Part shown: piece after piece, positions 19,659 through 33,350 of the stretch | Numbering within the stretch: position 1 is the stretch's first letter | Layout: every line of letters begins with the position of its first letter | NCBI GenBank assembly: GCA_964016885.1 | Contig: OZ024765.1 | Location: forward strand, 18,848,001 to 18,912,000 | DNA from: Eledone cirrhosa | Lineage: Eukaryota | Direction: 5' to 3' | Length of the DNA: 64,000 nt | Notes under the pieces: generated by a model | The model's input: the letters and a program-made list of their open reading frames with translations, nothing else | Told to the model about the DNA's origin: nothing | Databases searched by the model: none | Translations under genes and position numbers: made by a program

Positions 19659-22600
19659 CATTCTAGTAACAACACTAAGAAACCCATGAACGCCACCACG
19701 TCCTAAATCTAACTCTGCGATCGTCATATCAAATCGAAATACTTCACCAACTGTGGAAGATGAAGGATTGAAGAACTATGATATATAGCGAAGAGGCTTG
19801 TCTCCAGAATATTTAGTAAGGTGTAAGCCAAGGGTTGCCAAATATTTTGGCGTCATTTCCCACATTCACATGAAAAAATTTTTCCACAAGCCACCTGTAT
19901 AGTAAATATTCCAAAGTATACCAAATATGTTTCGTAAATGTTTGTTCCTGGTTTAATTTTCCCAATTAGCTTCCTGATTTTTATTCAGGTTCTTTGCATA
20001 TATTCCTTGAATAGGTTTTCGGGTAGCATACCTTCTTAAATCTCAAAATTCTATATCGGCCACCAAAGTTTCCAATGGCCCAACTTTCTGATCAGCTGCT
20101 CATCGCCCACCCAACAGTTGAAACCGCCCAGTTGAGGAACCCCTGTGGGTAAGCTACCTCGAATGATGCTATATATTAATCGAGAGGAGGAGGTGACTAT
20201 TATGATTTTTATAAGTAATAATCTTTTAAAGACAAGATGAAATTTCATCATTAAAATCATAAATATATGTCTACAGAATACAGATTATCAAAATGAAATT
20301 AAAAGCAAGTAAATCAGGGGCCACTAAACTTTACATATTTAGTTTTATTTCTATCGTGAAAAATGTTGATATTCAGATATTAGATTATGGCGGCTGTAAT
20401 TGTCTTTGTGTTTACGTGTTTGTTTGAAATCCTATTTTAATGTTCGTCTCTCTTTAAACATCGTTTATAGTTTGTTAAAATTAATTTTAGATTATTCGTA
20501 CCTCGTCTGTGTGGTTTATATTGATGTAGCGTCCCTGTCTTGTTTATTTTTGGTTACATTTTAAATGTGAAATACAGGACATTAAAATGAAATGTTACGT
20601 AAAACACACACCTTGTGTTTATTCCAGGTATTTAGATAGATGTCCACTGACAACAAAATAATACAATCATCCAGTGAAACTTGGTAATAATCCAGGTTCG
20701 TTGCAGTCACCATTCACAGTAAACAATGGTTAGAAAGAATCAAAAACAAAAGAGGTATTCAGCAGTTAATGAAGTGAAAAGAAAAGAAAAACAACTTTAC
20801 TGAATAAAATTCATTTCTTAATTTCAATAAGGTTTTTTGTTCTTTCTTTTATAAAAAAAAAAAATTTTAATTAAAATATGTTGAATATAATATGGGACAT
20901 TACTACAACGTACAACATTATTAGTTCAAATCTTACTTAATAAAAGCAACAAATACGCAGTTATTAGTATAAAACCTAACGGAAATCGAACCCTAAATCA
21001 GGATCTCCACCGTCTCTAGCGCTTACCATTAGGCCACAGGGACGGTTACAAAAATGCATTGAAAATTAATATTTACTTACCTATACTAGAAAAAACCGGA
21101 AGTGGAGAAAATTGAAAAACGTCTTCTTTTTCTTCCTCTGATTTTTCCCACGAACGATAACTCGTCTCTGACTTAAATCCAAATTTTGGTTAAAAAAAAA
21201 TCAGAGGAAGAAAAAGAAGATGTTTTTCAATTTTCTCCACTTCCGGTTTTTTCTAGTAATGAAAAAGTAGGTTTATAAATATCAATTTTCAGTAAGTTTC
21301 TGTAACCGTCCCTTTAGCCTAGTGGTAAGTATAAGAGCCGGTGGAGGTCCACGTCCGGGGTTCAATCACTGGCAGTGTGTCGTATTATATTTTTTATAGT
21401 ATAAAACAAAAATAAAAAAGTAACTTTATAAATATTAATTTTCACACTGTTTTTATATCTGTCTCCGTGGCCTAATGGTAGGTATTAGAGACGGTGGAGA
21501 ACCTGCTCTGGGTTTCGATTTCAGTCAAAGTCTATAGATAATAATTTCATTTTTTACTTTACTAGAGAAAAATTTAAATTTAAAAATATATAGTACAGAT
21601 TCGGACTGAGATTGAACACCACATCAGTGTCTACATAGTCTCTAACACCTACCATTAGTCCAACGAAACAGATACAAGAACATAAGAAACAATTTATATT
21701 TATAAACCTACTTTCAATTTCCAAGCAAAATAGATGTGCTGGCGTTCATGGTTTTCTCATTGTTATTTCTACTATAATCAGGTCAATGTTTACATTTATT
21801 CTTCTGGGGCTTTCATAAAATATATTTTCACTTTCTTTCGGGTTCATTAGATCCTATAACCAGATGATCTACAGGGACCTTCTTCATGGTCATAGCTGAT
21901 TATTAAATATATACGGGAGAGTGTGTGTGTGTGTGTGTGTATTAGATCTTGCCGTTATGTACTCAGCAATAATGGTTTTCAATTCCTTCGTCCCTCCATC
22001 CTTGGTGTGTATATAAATATATATGTGATTTTAACGTTCAACGGCGACAATATATAAATCTGTTTTGTTTGATAATAATTAAATAAAGCTAATTCTACAA
22101 CCCTTGTTAAACATTGAAACAACGACTATAAAATATAGCAACAACCACGACATAACAGTCTCTGGTTAAATATGATTTAATGAAATTATTGCTAGAGATT
22201 GATCCTTAATATTTTATCTCATTCCTTAACCAGGGAGGAAAGGTCCTCAGACTCGGACAATGTTGATAAGGAGAGCAGAGTGTATCCTTATTTGTCACGT
22301 TTTTCCAGTTGTCACGGTATATAAAAGGCAGTAGTACTAGTCACTCCTGCGAAAGACGTTGTCAGTTAGCCTTCTGTAACGAGAGAAGAAGGTCGTGGCT
22401 TTTTTTCCTCCCTATCACATAATTCATACATTTGTCATCCTTTAGATATCAATATACAAGAGAAAGAAGAAAATTGAGAACTTCGGTCTTTTAAAAGTAA
22501 CATTTATTACATTAGAGCAAAATCTTGCATTAACAATATTTTGTGAGACTAAACATGGAATGGACAAAGAGATTATTAGAAGAAGGGCAATTGTCTCTAT

Positions 22601-24218
22601 CTTAAACGTCAATACATTCTACAGAAAATCGAAATGAGAATAATTACAGAGATACTTTACAAAATGTTTCGCGATATGGTTCAAGTTACTTTGCAGTAAT
22701 ATGCAGCTATATTTATACATGTCTCTTATACCCCCTCCACGAGGAATTGTGAATATGTATGAATATGATTTTAAAGATGGCTAAACATGTTGAAGAAAAA
22801 AAAGGAATTCAGATGATAGGAATAATAAAACATTCCTTTGCCTAGCTAAATGTCGAGAGGTCTAAAACACTAGTTGAATGATATGTGTGATACGACCTAG
22901 AATATTGTTTTGAGGCACGGAGAAGCTATTGAAGGAATCCAGAGAAGAACAAAACAGAAAACACCAGAATTATTAAGAAGTATGTCTTCTGAAGAAAGAT
23001 GTTAAACTTTAGGGATTGCAAATTTAGAGGAGATAAATCTAAGAGGGTGGGGGGACATGATAGAAATATATATTTAAAGGACTAATATTTAAATAGTAGT
23101 ACACTATTCCAATGTAAAGCTCTGAATAGCTATATCTTTCGGGGAGATATATCAAACGAGTGACATGATAGAAATATTTAAAATAATGAAAAGACTACAA
23201 TATACAGTATTGCAGAAGTAAATGAAAATATAAGACATCACCATTGAACTGCAGATGAAAGTCAGTACTCTTTACATTTATCCCAGGTATATAGAAAGCT
23301 AGCCTGATGTCCACTGATTGAAATATAAAATAATAAAGAAACACCACAATCCAGTAAACGTTAGTAATAATCCAATTAAGCCGCCATTTACAGTAGAAAA
23401 TAGTAAGAAAAACAAAGTCACACTCAGAAGTTACTGCAGTGAAAACAATAAAAATATTATTAATAAATAATAATAATTTCATTTCATATTATCATTAAAT
23501 TGTTTGTCTATTTTTATTGTAAACATAAAATATACTAATATATATATATATATATATACATTCATACATATACATCGATACATTCTGTGAGTGTGTCTTA
23601 CTTAGGCAAAAGTCAAGTATTTTGCGGGGAGGAACCAATCCGTTAAATTGATCCCAGTACATGACTGGTACTATAAGTTATATGCTCCAAAATCATAAAA
23701 TGATGGGTTAATCTAAACACCGAGAACACAAAGGTGGGGTAAAATTATTTAAAAATTGAGGTTTTAATATTTTATCTTTTATTTACAAATTATATGTCTT
23801 GGTGTCATATTTAAGGATATAATGTAGTTATTGGTGGAAATAATATAATATGTGATGAAGAGGTGTATATAACTGTGGATATAGAATTGTTTTAATCATT
23901 ATTTTTAACGGACGAAAAAACTACATAATGACTTCTAGTCGGAGTTACGGGAAATTACGGCAAAGACCCTCCATGAAGGTTCAAATATTACACATTATCT
24001 ATATATAGGAATCAGGCTAAACAATTTACGGGCACGTCGCTCTAAGTTGGAATATTTTTAACACACACAGACACGGGAGTTAGGTATTGCATATTTCAAA
24101 TAAGAGAACATTATTAAAGACGGGGTCATTGTAGGTTCAAATCATTGTTAGACCGATCAGAAAGAAAATGGATATTTAATTCATGAAAAAAGCTGAAGTG
24201 TGAAAGACAGAGTCGACC
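19659..24218 (+). repeat. Array unit 5, 4560 bp
   Basis: Between successive unit markers. Confidence 0.95.
22634..22699 (+). CDS. Candidate micropeptide copy, unit 5 (variant end ...MVQVTLQ*)
   Basis: Codons 1-18 unchanged; ATT>ACT and TAG>CAG downstream, next codon TAA. Confidence 0.35.
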   Translation: MRIITEILYKMFRDMVQVTLQ

Positions 24219-27200
24219 CTTTCTAGTAACAACACTAAGAAACCCATGAACGCCACCACGTCCTAAATCTAACTCTGCGATCGTCATATCAAATCGAAAT
24301 ACTTCACCAACTGTGGAAGATGAAGGATTGAAGAACTATGATATATAGCGAAGAGGCTTGTCTCCAGAACATTTAGTAAGGTGTAAGCCAAGGGTTGCCA
24401 AATATTTTGGCGTCATTTCCCACATTCACATGAAAAAATGTTCCACCAGCCACCTGTATAGTAAATATTCCAAAGTATACCAAATATGTTTCGTAAATGT
24501 TTGTTCCTGGTTTAATTTTCCCAATTAGCTTCCTGATTTTTATTCAGGTTCTTTGCATATATTCCTTGAATAGGTTTTCGGGTAGCATACCTTCTTAAAT
24601 CTCAAAATTCTATATCGGCCACCAAAGTTTCCAATGGCCCTCAATTTTCTGTTCAGCTGCTCATCGCCCACCCAACAGTTGAAACCGCCCAGTTGAGGAA
24701 CCCCTGTGGGTAAGCTACCTCGAATGATGCTATATATTAATCGAGAGGAGGAGGTGACTATTATAATTTTTATAAGTAATAATCTTTTAAAGACAAGAGG
24801 AAATTTCATCATTAAAATCATAAATATATGTCTACAGAATACAGATTATCAAAATGAAATTAAAAGCAAGTAAATCAGGGGCCACTAAACTTTACATATT
24901 TAGTTTTATTTCTATCGTGAAAAATGTTGATCTTCAGATATTAGATTATGGCGGCTGTAATTGTCTTTGTGTTTACGTGTTTGTTTGAAATCCTATGTTA
25001 ATGTTCGTCTCTCTTTAAACATCGTTTATAGTTTGTTAAAATTAATTTTAGATTATTCGTACCTCGTCTGTGTGGTTTATTTTGATGTAGCGTCCCTGTC
25101 TTGTTTATTTTTGGTTACATTTTAAATGTGAAATACAGGACATCAGACATTAAAATGAAATGTTACGTAAAACACACACCTTGTGTTTATTCCAGGTATT
25201 TAGATAGATGTCCAGATGTCCACTGACAACAAAATAATACAATCATCCAGTGAAACTTGGTAATAATCCAGGTTCGTTGCAGTCACCATTCACTAATGGT
25301 TAGAAAGAATCAAAAACAAAAACAAAAGACGTATTCAGCAGTTAATGAAGTGAAAACAAAATAAAAACAACTTTACTGAATAAAATTCATTTCTTAATTT
25401 CAATAAGGTTTTTTGTTCTTTCTTTTATAAAAAAAAAAAATGTTAATTAAAATATGTTGAATATAATATGGGACATTACTACAACGTACAACATTATTAG
25501 TTCAAATCTTACTTAATAAAAGCAACAAATACGCAGTTATTAGTATAAAACCTAACGGAAATCGAACCCTAAATCAGGATCTCCACCGTCTCTAGCGCTT
25601 ACCATTAGGCCACAGGGACGGTTACAAAAATGCATTGAAAATTAATATTTACTTACCTATACTAGAAAAAACCGGAAGTGGAGAAAATTGAAAAACTTCT
25701 TCTTTTTCTTCCTCTGATTTTTGCCACGAACGATAACTCGTCTCTGACTTAAATCCAAATTTTGGTTAAAAAAAAATCAGAGGAAGAAAAATAAGATGTT
25801 TTTCAATTTTCTCCACTTCCGGTTTTTTCTAGTAATGAAAAAGTAGGTTTATAAATATCAATTTTCAGTAAGTTTCTGTAACCGTCCCTTTAGCCTAGTG
25901 GTAAGTATAAGAGCCGGTGGAGGTCCAGGTCCGGGGTTCAATCACTGGCAGTGTGTCGTATTATATTTTTTATAGTATAAAACAAAAATAAAAAAGTAAC
26001 TTTATAAATATTAATGTTCACACTGTTTTTATATCTGTCTCCGTGGCCTAATGGTAGGTATTAGAGACGGTGGAGAACCTGCTCTGGGTTTCGATTTCAG
26101 TCAAAGTCTATAGATAATAATTTCATTTTTTACTTTACTAGGGAAAAATTTAAATTTAAAAATATATAGTACAGATTCGGACTGAGATTGAACACCACAT
26201 CAGTGTCTACATAGTCTCTAACACCTACCATTAGTCCAACGAAACAGATACAAGAACATAAGAAACAATTTATATTTATAAACCTACTTTCAATTTCCAA
26301 GCAAAATAGATGTGCTGGCGTTCATGGCTTTCTCATTGTTATTTCTACTATAATCAGGTCAATGTTTACATTGATTCTTCAGGGGCTTTCATAAAATATA
26401 TTTTCACTTTCTTTCGGGTTCATTAGATCCTACAACCAGATGATCTACAGGGACCTTCTTCATAGCTGATTATTAAATATATACGGGAGAGTGTGTGTGT
26501 GTGTGTGTATTAGATCTTGCCGTTATGTACTCAGCAATAATGGTTTTCACTTCCGTCGTCCCTCCATCCTTGGTGTGTATATAAATATATATGTGATTTT
26601 AACGTACAACGGCGACAATATATAAATCTGTTTTGTTTGATAATAATTAAATAAAGCTAATTCTACAACCCCTGTTAAACATTGAAACCACGACTATAAA
26701 ATATAGCAACAACCACGACATAACAGTCTCTGGTTAAATATGATTTAATGAAATTATTGCTAGAGATTGATCCCTAATATTTTATCTCACTCCTTAACCA
26801 GGGAGGAAAGGTCCTCAGACTCGGACAATGTTGATAAGGAGAGCAGAGTGTATCCTTATTTGTCACGTCTTTCCAGTTGTCACGGTATATAAAAGGCAGT
26901 AGTACTAGTCACTCCTGCGAAAGACGTTGTCAGTTAGCCTTCTGTAACGAGAGAAGAAGGTCGTGGCTTTTTTCCTCCCTATCACATAATTCATACATTT
27001 GTCATCCTTTAGATATCAATATACAAGAGAAAGAAGAAAATTGAGAACTTCGGTCTTTTAAAAGTAACATTTATTACATTAGAGCAAAATCTTGCATTAA
27101 CAATATTTTGTGAGACTAAACATGGAATGGACAAAGAGATTATTAGAAGAAGGGCAATTGTCTCTATCTTAAACGTCAATACATTCTACAGAAAATCGAA

Positions 27201-28104
27201 ATGAGAATAATTACAGAGATACTTTACAAAATGTTTCGCGATATGGTTCAAGTTATTTTGTAGTAATATGCAGCTATATTTATACATGTCTCTTATACCC
27301 CCTCCACGAGGAATTGTGAATATGTATGAATATGATTTTAAAGATGGCTAAACATGTTGAAGAAAAAAAAGGAATTCAGATGATAGGAATAATAAAACAT
27401 TCCTTTGCCTAGCTAAATGTCGAGAGGTCTAAAACACTAGTTGAATGATATGTGTGATACGACCTAGAATATTGTTTTGAGGCACGGAGAAGCTATTGAA
27501 GGAATCCAGAGAAGAACAAAACAGAAAACACCAGAATTATTAAGAAATATGTCTTCTGAAGAAAGATGTTAAACTTTAGGGATTGCAAATTTAGAGGAGA
27601 TAAATCTAAGAGGGTGGGGGGACATGATAGAAATATATATTTAAAGGACTAATATTTAAATAGTAGTAGTACACTATTCCAATGTAAAGCTCTGAATAAC
27701 TATATCTTTCGGGGAGATATATCAAACGAGTGACATGATAGAAATATTTAAAATAATGAAAAGACTACAATATACAGTATTGCAGAAGTAAATGAAAATA
27801 TAAGACATCACCATTGAACTGCAGATGAAAGTCAGTACTCTTTACATTTATCCCAGGTATATAGAAAGCTAGCCTGATGTCCACTGATTGAAATATAAAA
27901 CAATAAAGAAACACCACAATCCAGTAAACGTTAGTAATAATCCAATTAAGCCGCCATTTACAGTAGAAAATAGTAAGAAAAACAAAGTCACACTCAGAAG
28001 TTACTGCAGTGAAAACAATAAAAATATTATTAATAAATAATAATAATTTCATTTCATATTATCATTAAATTGTTTGTCTATTTTTATTGTAAACATAAAA
28101 TATA

Positions 28105-28139
<35 letters not shown>

Positions 28140-28796
28140 TCATACATATACATCGATACATTCTGTGAGTATGTCTTACTTTGGCAAAAGTCAAGTATTT
28201 TGCGGGGAGGAACCAATCCGTTAAATTGATCCCAGTACATGACTGGTACTATAAGTTATATGTTCCAAAATCATAAAATGATGGGTTAATCTAAACACTG
28301 AGAACACAAAGGTGGGGTAAAATTATTTAAAAATTGAGGTTTTAATATTTTATCTTTTATTTACAAATTATATGTCTTGGTGTCATATTTAAGGATATAA
28401 TGTAGTTATTGGTGGAAATAATATAATATGTGATGAAGAGGTGTATATAACTGTGGATATAGAATTGTTTTAATCATTATTTTTAACGGACGAAAAAACT
28501 ACATAATGACTTCTAGTCGGAGTTACGGGAAATTACGGCAAAGACCCTCCATGAAGGTTCAAATATTACACATTATCTATATATAGGAATCAGGCTAAAC
28601 AATTTACGGGCACGTCGCTCTAAGTTGGAATATTTTTAACACACACAGACACGGGAGTTAGGTATGGCATATTTCAAATAAGAGAACATTATTACAGACG
28701 GAGTCATTGTAGGTTCAAATCATTGTTAGACCGATCAGAAAGAAAATGGATATTTAATTCATGAAAAAACCTGAAGTGTAAAAGACAGAGTCGACC
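24219..28796 (+). repeat. Array unit 6, 4578 bp
   Basis: Between successive unit markers. Confidence 0.95.
27201..27263 (+). CDS. Candidate micropeptide copy, unit 6
   Basis: Same peptide. Confidence 0.38.
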   Translation: MRIITEILYKMFRDMVQVIL

Positions 28797-31700
28797 CTTT
28801 CTAGTAACAACACTAAGAAACCCATGAACGCCACCACGTCCTAAATCTAACTCTGCGATCGTCATATCAAATCGAAATACTTCACCAACTGTGGAAGATG
28901 AAGGATTGAAGAACTATGATATATAGCGAAGAGGCTCGTCTCCAGAACATTTAGTAAGGTGTAAGCCAAGGGTTGCCAAATATTTTGGCGTCATTTCCCA
29001 CATTCACATGAAAAAATGTTCCACCAGCCACCTGTATAGTAAATATTCCAAAGTATACCAAATATGTTTCGTAAATGTTTGTTCCTGGTTTAATTTTCCC
29101 AATTAGCTTCCTGATTTTTATTCAGGTTCTTTGCATATATTCCTTGAATAGGTTTTCGGGTAGCATACCTTCTTAAATCTCAAAATTCTATATCGGCCAC
29201 CAAAGTTTCCAATGGCCCTCAATTTTCTGTTCAGCTGCTCATCGCCCACCCAACAGTTGAAACCGCCCAGTTGAGGAACCCCTGTAGGTAAGCTACCTCG
29301 AATGATGCTATATATTAATCGAGAGGAGGAGGTGACTATTATAATTTTTATAAGTAATGATCTTTTAAAGACAAGAGGAAATTTCATCATTAATATCATA
29401 AATATATGTCTACAGAATACAGATTATCAAAATGAAATTAAAAGCAAGTAAATCAGGGGCCACTAAACTTTACATATTTAGTTTTATTTCTATCGTGAAA
29501 AATGTTGATCTTCAGATATTAGATTATGGCGGCTGTAATTGTCTTTGTGTTTACGTGTTTGTTTGAAATCCTATTTTAATGTTCGTCTCTCTTTAAACAT
29601 CGTTTATAGTTTGTTAAAATTAATTTTAGATTATTCGTACCTCGTCTGTGTGGTTTATATTGATGTAGCGTCCCTGTCTTGTTTATTTTTGGTTACATTT
29701 TAAATGTGAAATACAGGACCATCAGACATTAAAATGAAATGTTACGTAAAACACACACCTTGTGTTTATTCCAGGTATTTAGATAGATGTCAAGATGTCC
29801 ACTGACAACAAAATAATACAATCATCCAGTGAAACTTGGTAATAATCCAGGTTCGTTGCAGTCACCATTCACAGTAAACAATGGTTAGAAAGAATCAAAA
29901 ACAAAAGACGTATTCAGCAGTTAATGAAGTGAAAAGAAAATAAAAACAACTTTACTGAATAAAATTCATTTCTTAATTTCAATAAGGTTTTTTGTTCTTT
30001 CTTTTATAAAAAAAAAAAATTTTAATTAAAATATGTTGAATATAATATGGGACATTACTACAACGTACAACATTATTAGTTCAAATCTTACTTAATAAAA
30101 GCAACAAATACGCAGTTATTAGTATAAAACCTAACGGAAATTGAACCCTAAATCAGGATCTCCACCGTCTCTAGCGCTTACCATTAGGCCACAGGGACGG
30201 TTACAAAAATGCATTGAAAATTAATATTTACTTACCTATACTAGAAAAAACCGGAAGTGGAGAAAATTGAAAAACTTCTTCTTTTTCTTCCTCTGATTTT
30301 TGCCACGAACGATAACTCGTCTCTGACTTAAATCCAAATTTTGGTTAAAAAAAAATCAGAGGAAGAAAAAGAAGATGTTTTTCAATTTTCTCCACTTCCG
30401 GTTTTTTCTAGTAATGAAAAAGTAGGTTTATAAATATCAATTTTCAGTAAGTTTCTGTAACCGTCACTTTAGCCTAGTGGTAAGTATAAGAGCCGGTGGA
30501 GGTCCAGGTCCGGGGTTCAATCACTGGCAGTGTGTCGTATTATATTTTTTATAGTATAAAACAAAAATAAAAAAGTAACTTTATAAATATTAATGTTCAC
30601 ACTGTTTTTATATCTGTCTCCGTGGCCTAATGGTAGGTATTAGAGACGGTGGAGAACCTGCTCTGGGTTTCGATTTCAGTCAAAGTCTATAGATAATAAT
30701 TTCATTTTTTACTTCACTAGAGAAAAACTTCAATTTAAAAATATATAGTACAGATTCGGACTGAGATTGAACACCACATCAGTGTCTACATAGTCTCTAA
30801 CACCTACCATTAGGCCAACGAAACAGATACAAGAACATAAGAAACAATTTATATTTATAAACCTACTTTCAATTTCCAAGCAAAATAGATGTGCTGGCGT
30901 TCATGGCTTTCTCATTGTTATTTCTACTATAATCAGGTCAATGTTTACATTTATTCTTCTGGGGCTTTCATAAAATATATTTTCACTTTCTTTCGGGTTC
31001 ATTAGATCCTACAACCAGATGATCTACAGGGACCTTCTTCATGGTCATAGCTGATTATTAAATATATACGGGAGAGTGTGTGTGTGTATTAGATCTTGCC
31101 GTGATGTACTCAGCAATAATGGTTTTCAATTCCGTCGTCCCTCCATCCTTGGTGTGTATATAAATATATATGTGATTTTAACGTACAACGGCGACAATAT
31201 ATAAATCTGTTTTGTTTGATAATAATTAGATAAAGCTAATTCTACAACCCCTGTTAAACATTGAAACCACGACTATAAAATATAGCAACAACCACGACAT
31301 AACAGTCTCTGGTAAATATGATTTAATGAAATTATTGCTAGAGATTGAACCCTAATATTTTATCTCACTCCTTAACCAGGGAGGAAAGGTCCTCAGACTC
31401 GGACAATGTTGATAAGGAGAGCAGAGTGTATCCTTATTTGTCACGTCTTTCCAGTTGTCACGGTATATAAAAGGCAGTAGTACTAGTCACTCCTGCGAAA
31501 GACGTTGTCAGTTAGCCTTCTGTAACGAGAGAAGAAGGTCGTGGCTTTTTTCCTCCCTATCACATAATTCATACATTTGTCATCCTTTAGATATCAATAT
31601 ACAAGAGAAAGAAGAAAATTGAGAACTTCGGTCTTATAAAAGTAACATTTATTACATTAGAGCAAAATCTTGCATTAACAATATTTTGTGAGACTAAACA

Positions 31701-33350
31701 TGGAATGGACAAAGAGATTATTAGAAGAAGGGCAATTGTCTCTATCTTAAACGTCAATACATTCTACAGAAAATCGAAATGAGAATAATTACAGAGATAC
31801 TTTACAAAATGTTTCGCGATATGGTTCAAGTTATTTTGTAGTAATATGCAGCTATATTTATACATGTCTCTTATACCCCCTCCACGAGGAATTGTGAATA
31901 TGTATGAATATGATTTTAAAGATGGCTAAACATGTTGAAGAAAAAAAAGGAATTCAGATGATAGGAATAATAAAACATTCCTTTGCCTAGCTAAATGTCG
32001 AGAGGTCTAAAATACTAGTTGAATGATATGTGTGATACGACCTAGAATATTGTTTTGAGGCACGGAGAAGCTATTGAAGGAATCCAGAGAAGAACAAAAC
32101 AGAAAACACCAGAATTATTAAGAAATATGTCTTCTGAAGAAAGATGTTAAACTTTAGGGATTGCAAATTTAGAGGAGATAAATCTAAGAGGGTGGGGGGA
32201 CATGATAGAAATATATATTTAAAGGACTAATATTTAAATAGTAGTACACTATTCCAATGTAAAGCTCTGAATAACTATATATTTCGGGGAGATATATCAA
32301 ACGAGTGACATGATAGAAATATTTAAAATAATGAAAAGACTACAATATACAGTATTGCAGAAGTAAATGAAAATATAAGAAGACATCACCATTGAACTGC
32401 AGATGAAAGTCAGTACTCTTTACATTTATCCCAGGTATATAGAAAGCCAGCCTGATGTCCACTGATTGAAATATAAAACAATAAAGAAACACCACAATCC
32501 AGTAAACGTTAGTAATAATCCAACTAAGCCGCCATTTACAGTAGAAAATAGTAAGAAAAACAAAGTCACACTCAGAAGTTACTGCAGTGAAAACAATAAA
32601 AATATTATTAATAAATAATAATAATTTCATTTCATATTATCATTAAATTGTTTGTCTATTTTTATTGTAAACATAAAATATACTAATATATATATATATA
32701 TATATATATACATTCATACATATACATCGATACATTCTGTGAGTATGTCTTACTTAGGCAAAAGTCAAGTATTTTGCGGGGAGGAACCAATCCGTTAAAT
32801 TGATCCCAGTACATGACTGGTACTATAAGTTATATGCTCCAAAATCATAAAATGAGAACACAAATGTGGGGTAAAATTATTTAAAAATTGAGGTTTTAAT
32901 ATTTTATCTTTTATTTACAAATTATATGTCTTGGTGTCATATTTAAGGATATAATGTAGTTATTGGTGGAAATAATATAATATGTGATGAAGAGGTGTAT
33001 ATAACTGTGGATATAGAATTGTTTTAATCATTATTTTTAACGGACGAAAAAACTACATAATGACTTCTAGTCGGAGTTACGGGAAATTACGGCAAAGACC
33101 CTCCATGAAGGTTCAAATATTACACATTATCTATATATAGGAATCAGGCTAAACAATTTACGGGAACGTCGCTCTAAGTTGGAATATTTTTAACACACAC
33201 AGACACGGGAGTTAGGTATTGCATATTTCAAATAAGAGAACATTATTAAAGACGGAGTCATTGTAGGTTCAAATCATTGTTAGACCGATCAGAAAGAAAA
33301 TGGATATTTAATTCATGAAAAAACCTGAAGTGTGAAAGACAGAGTCGACC
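28797..33350 (+). repeat. Array unit 7, 4554 bp
   Basis: Between successive unit markers. Confidence 0.95.
31779..31841 (+). CDS. Candidate micropeptide copy, unit 7
   Basis: Same peptide. Confidence 0.38.
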   Translation: MRIITEILYKMFRDMVQVIL

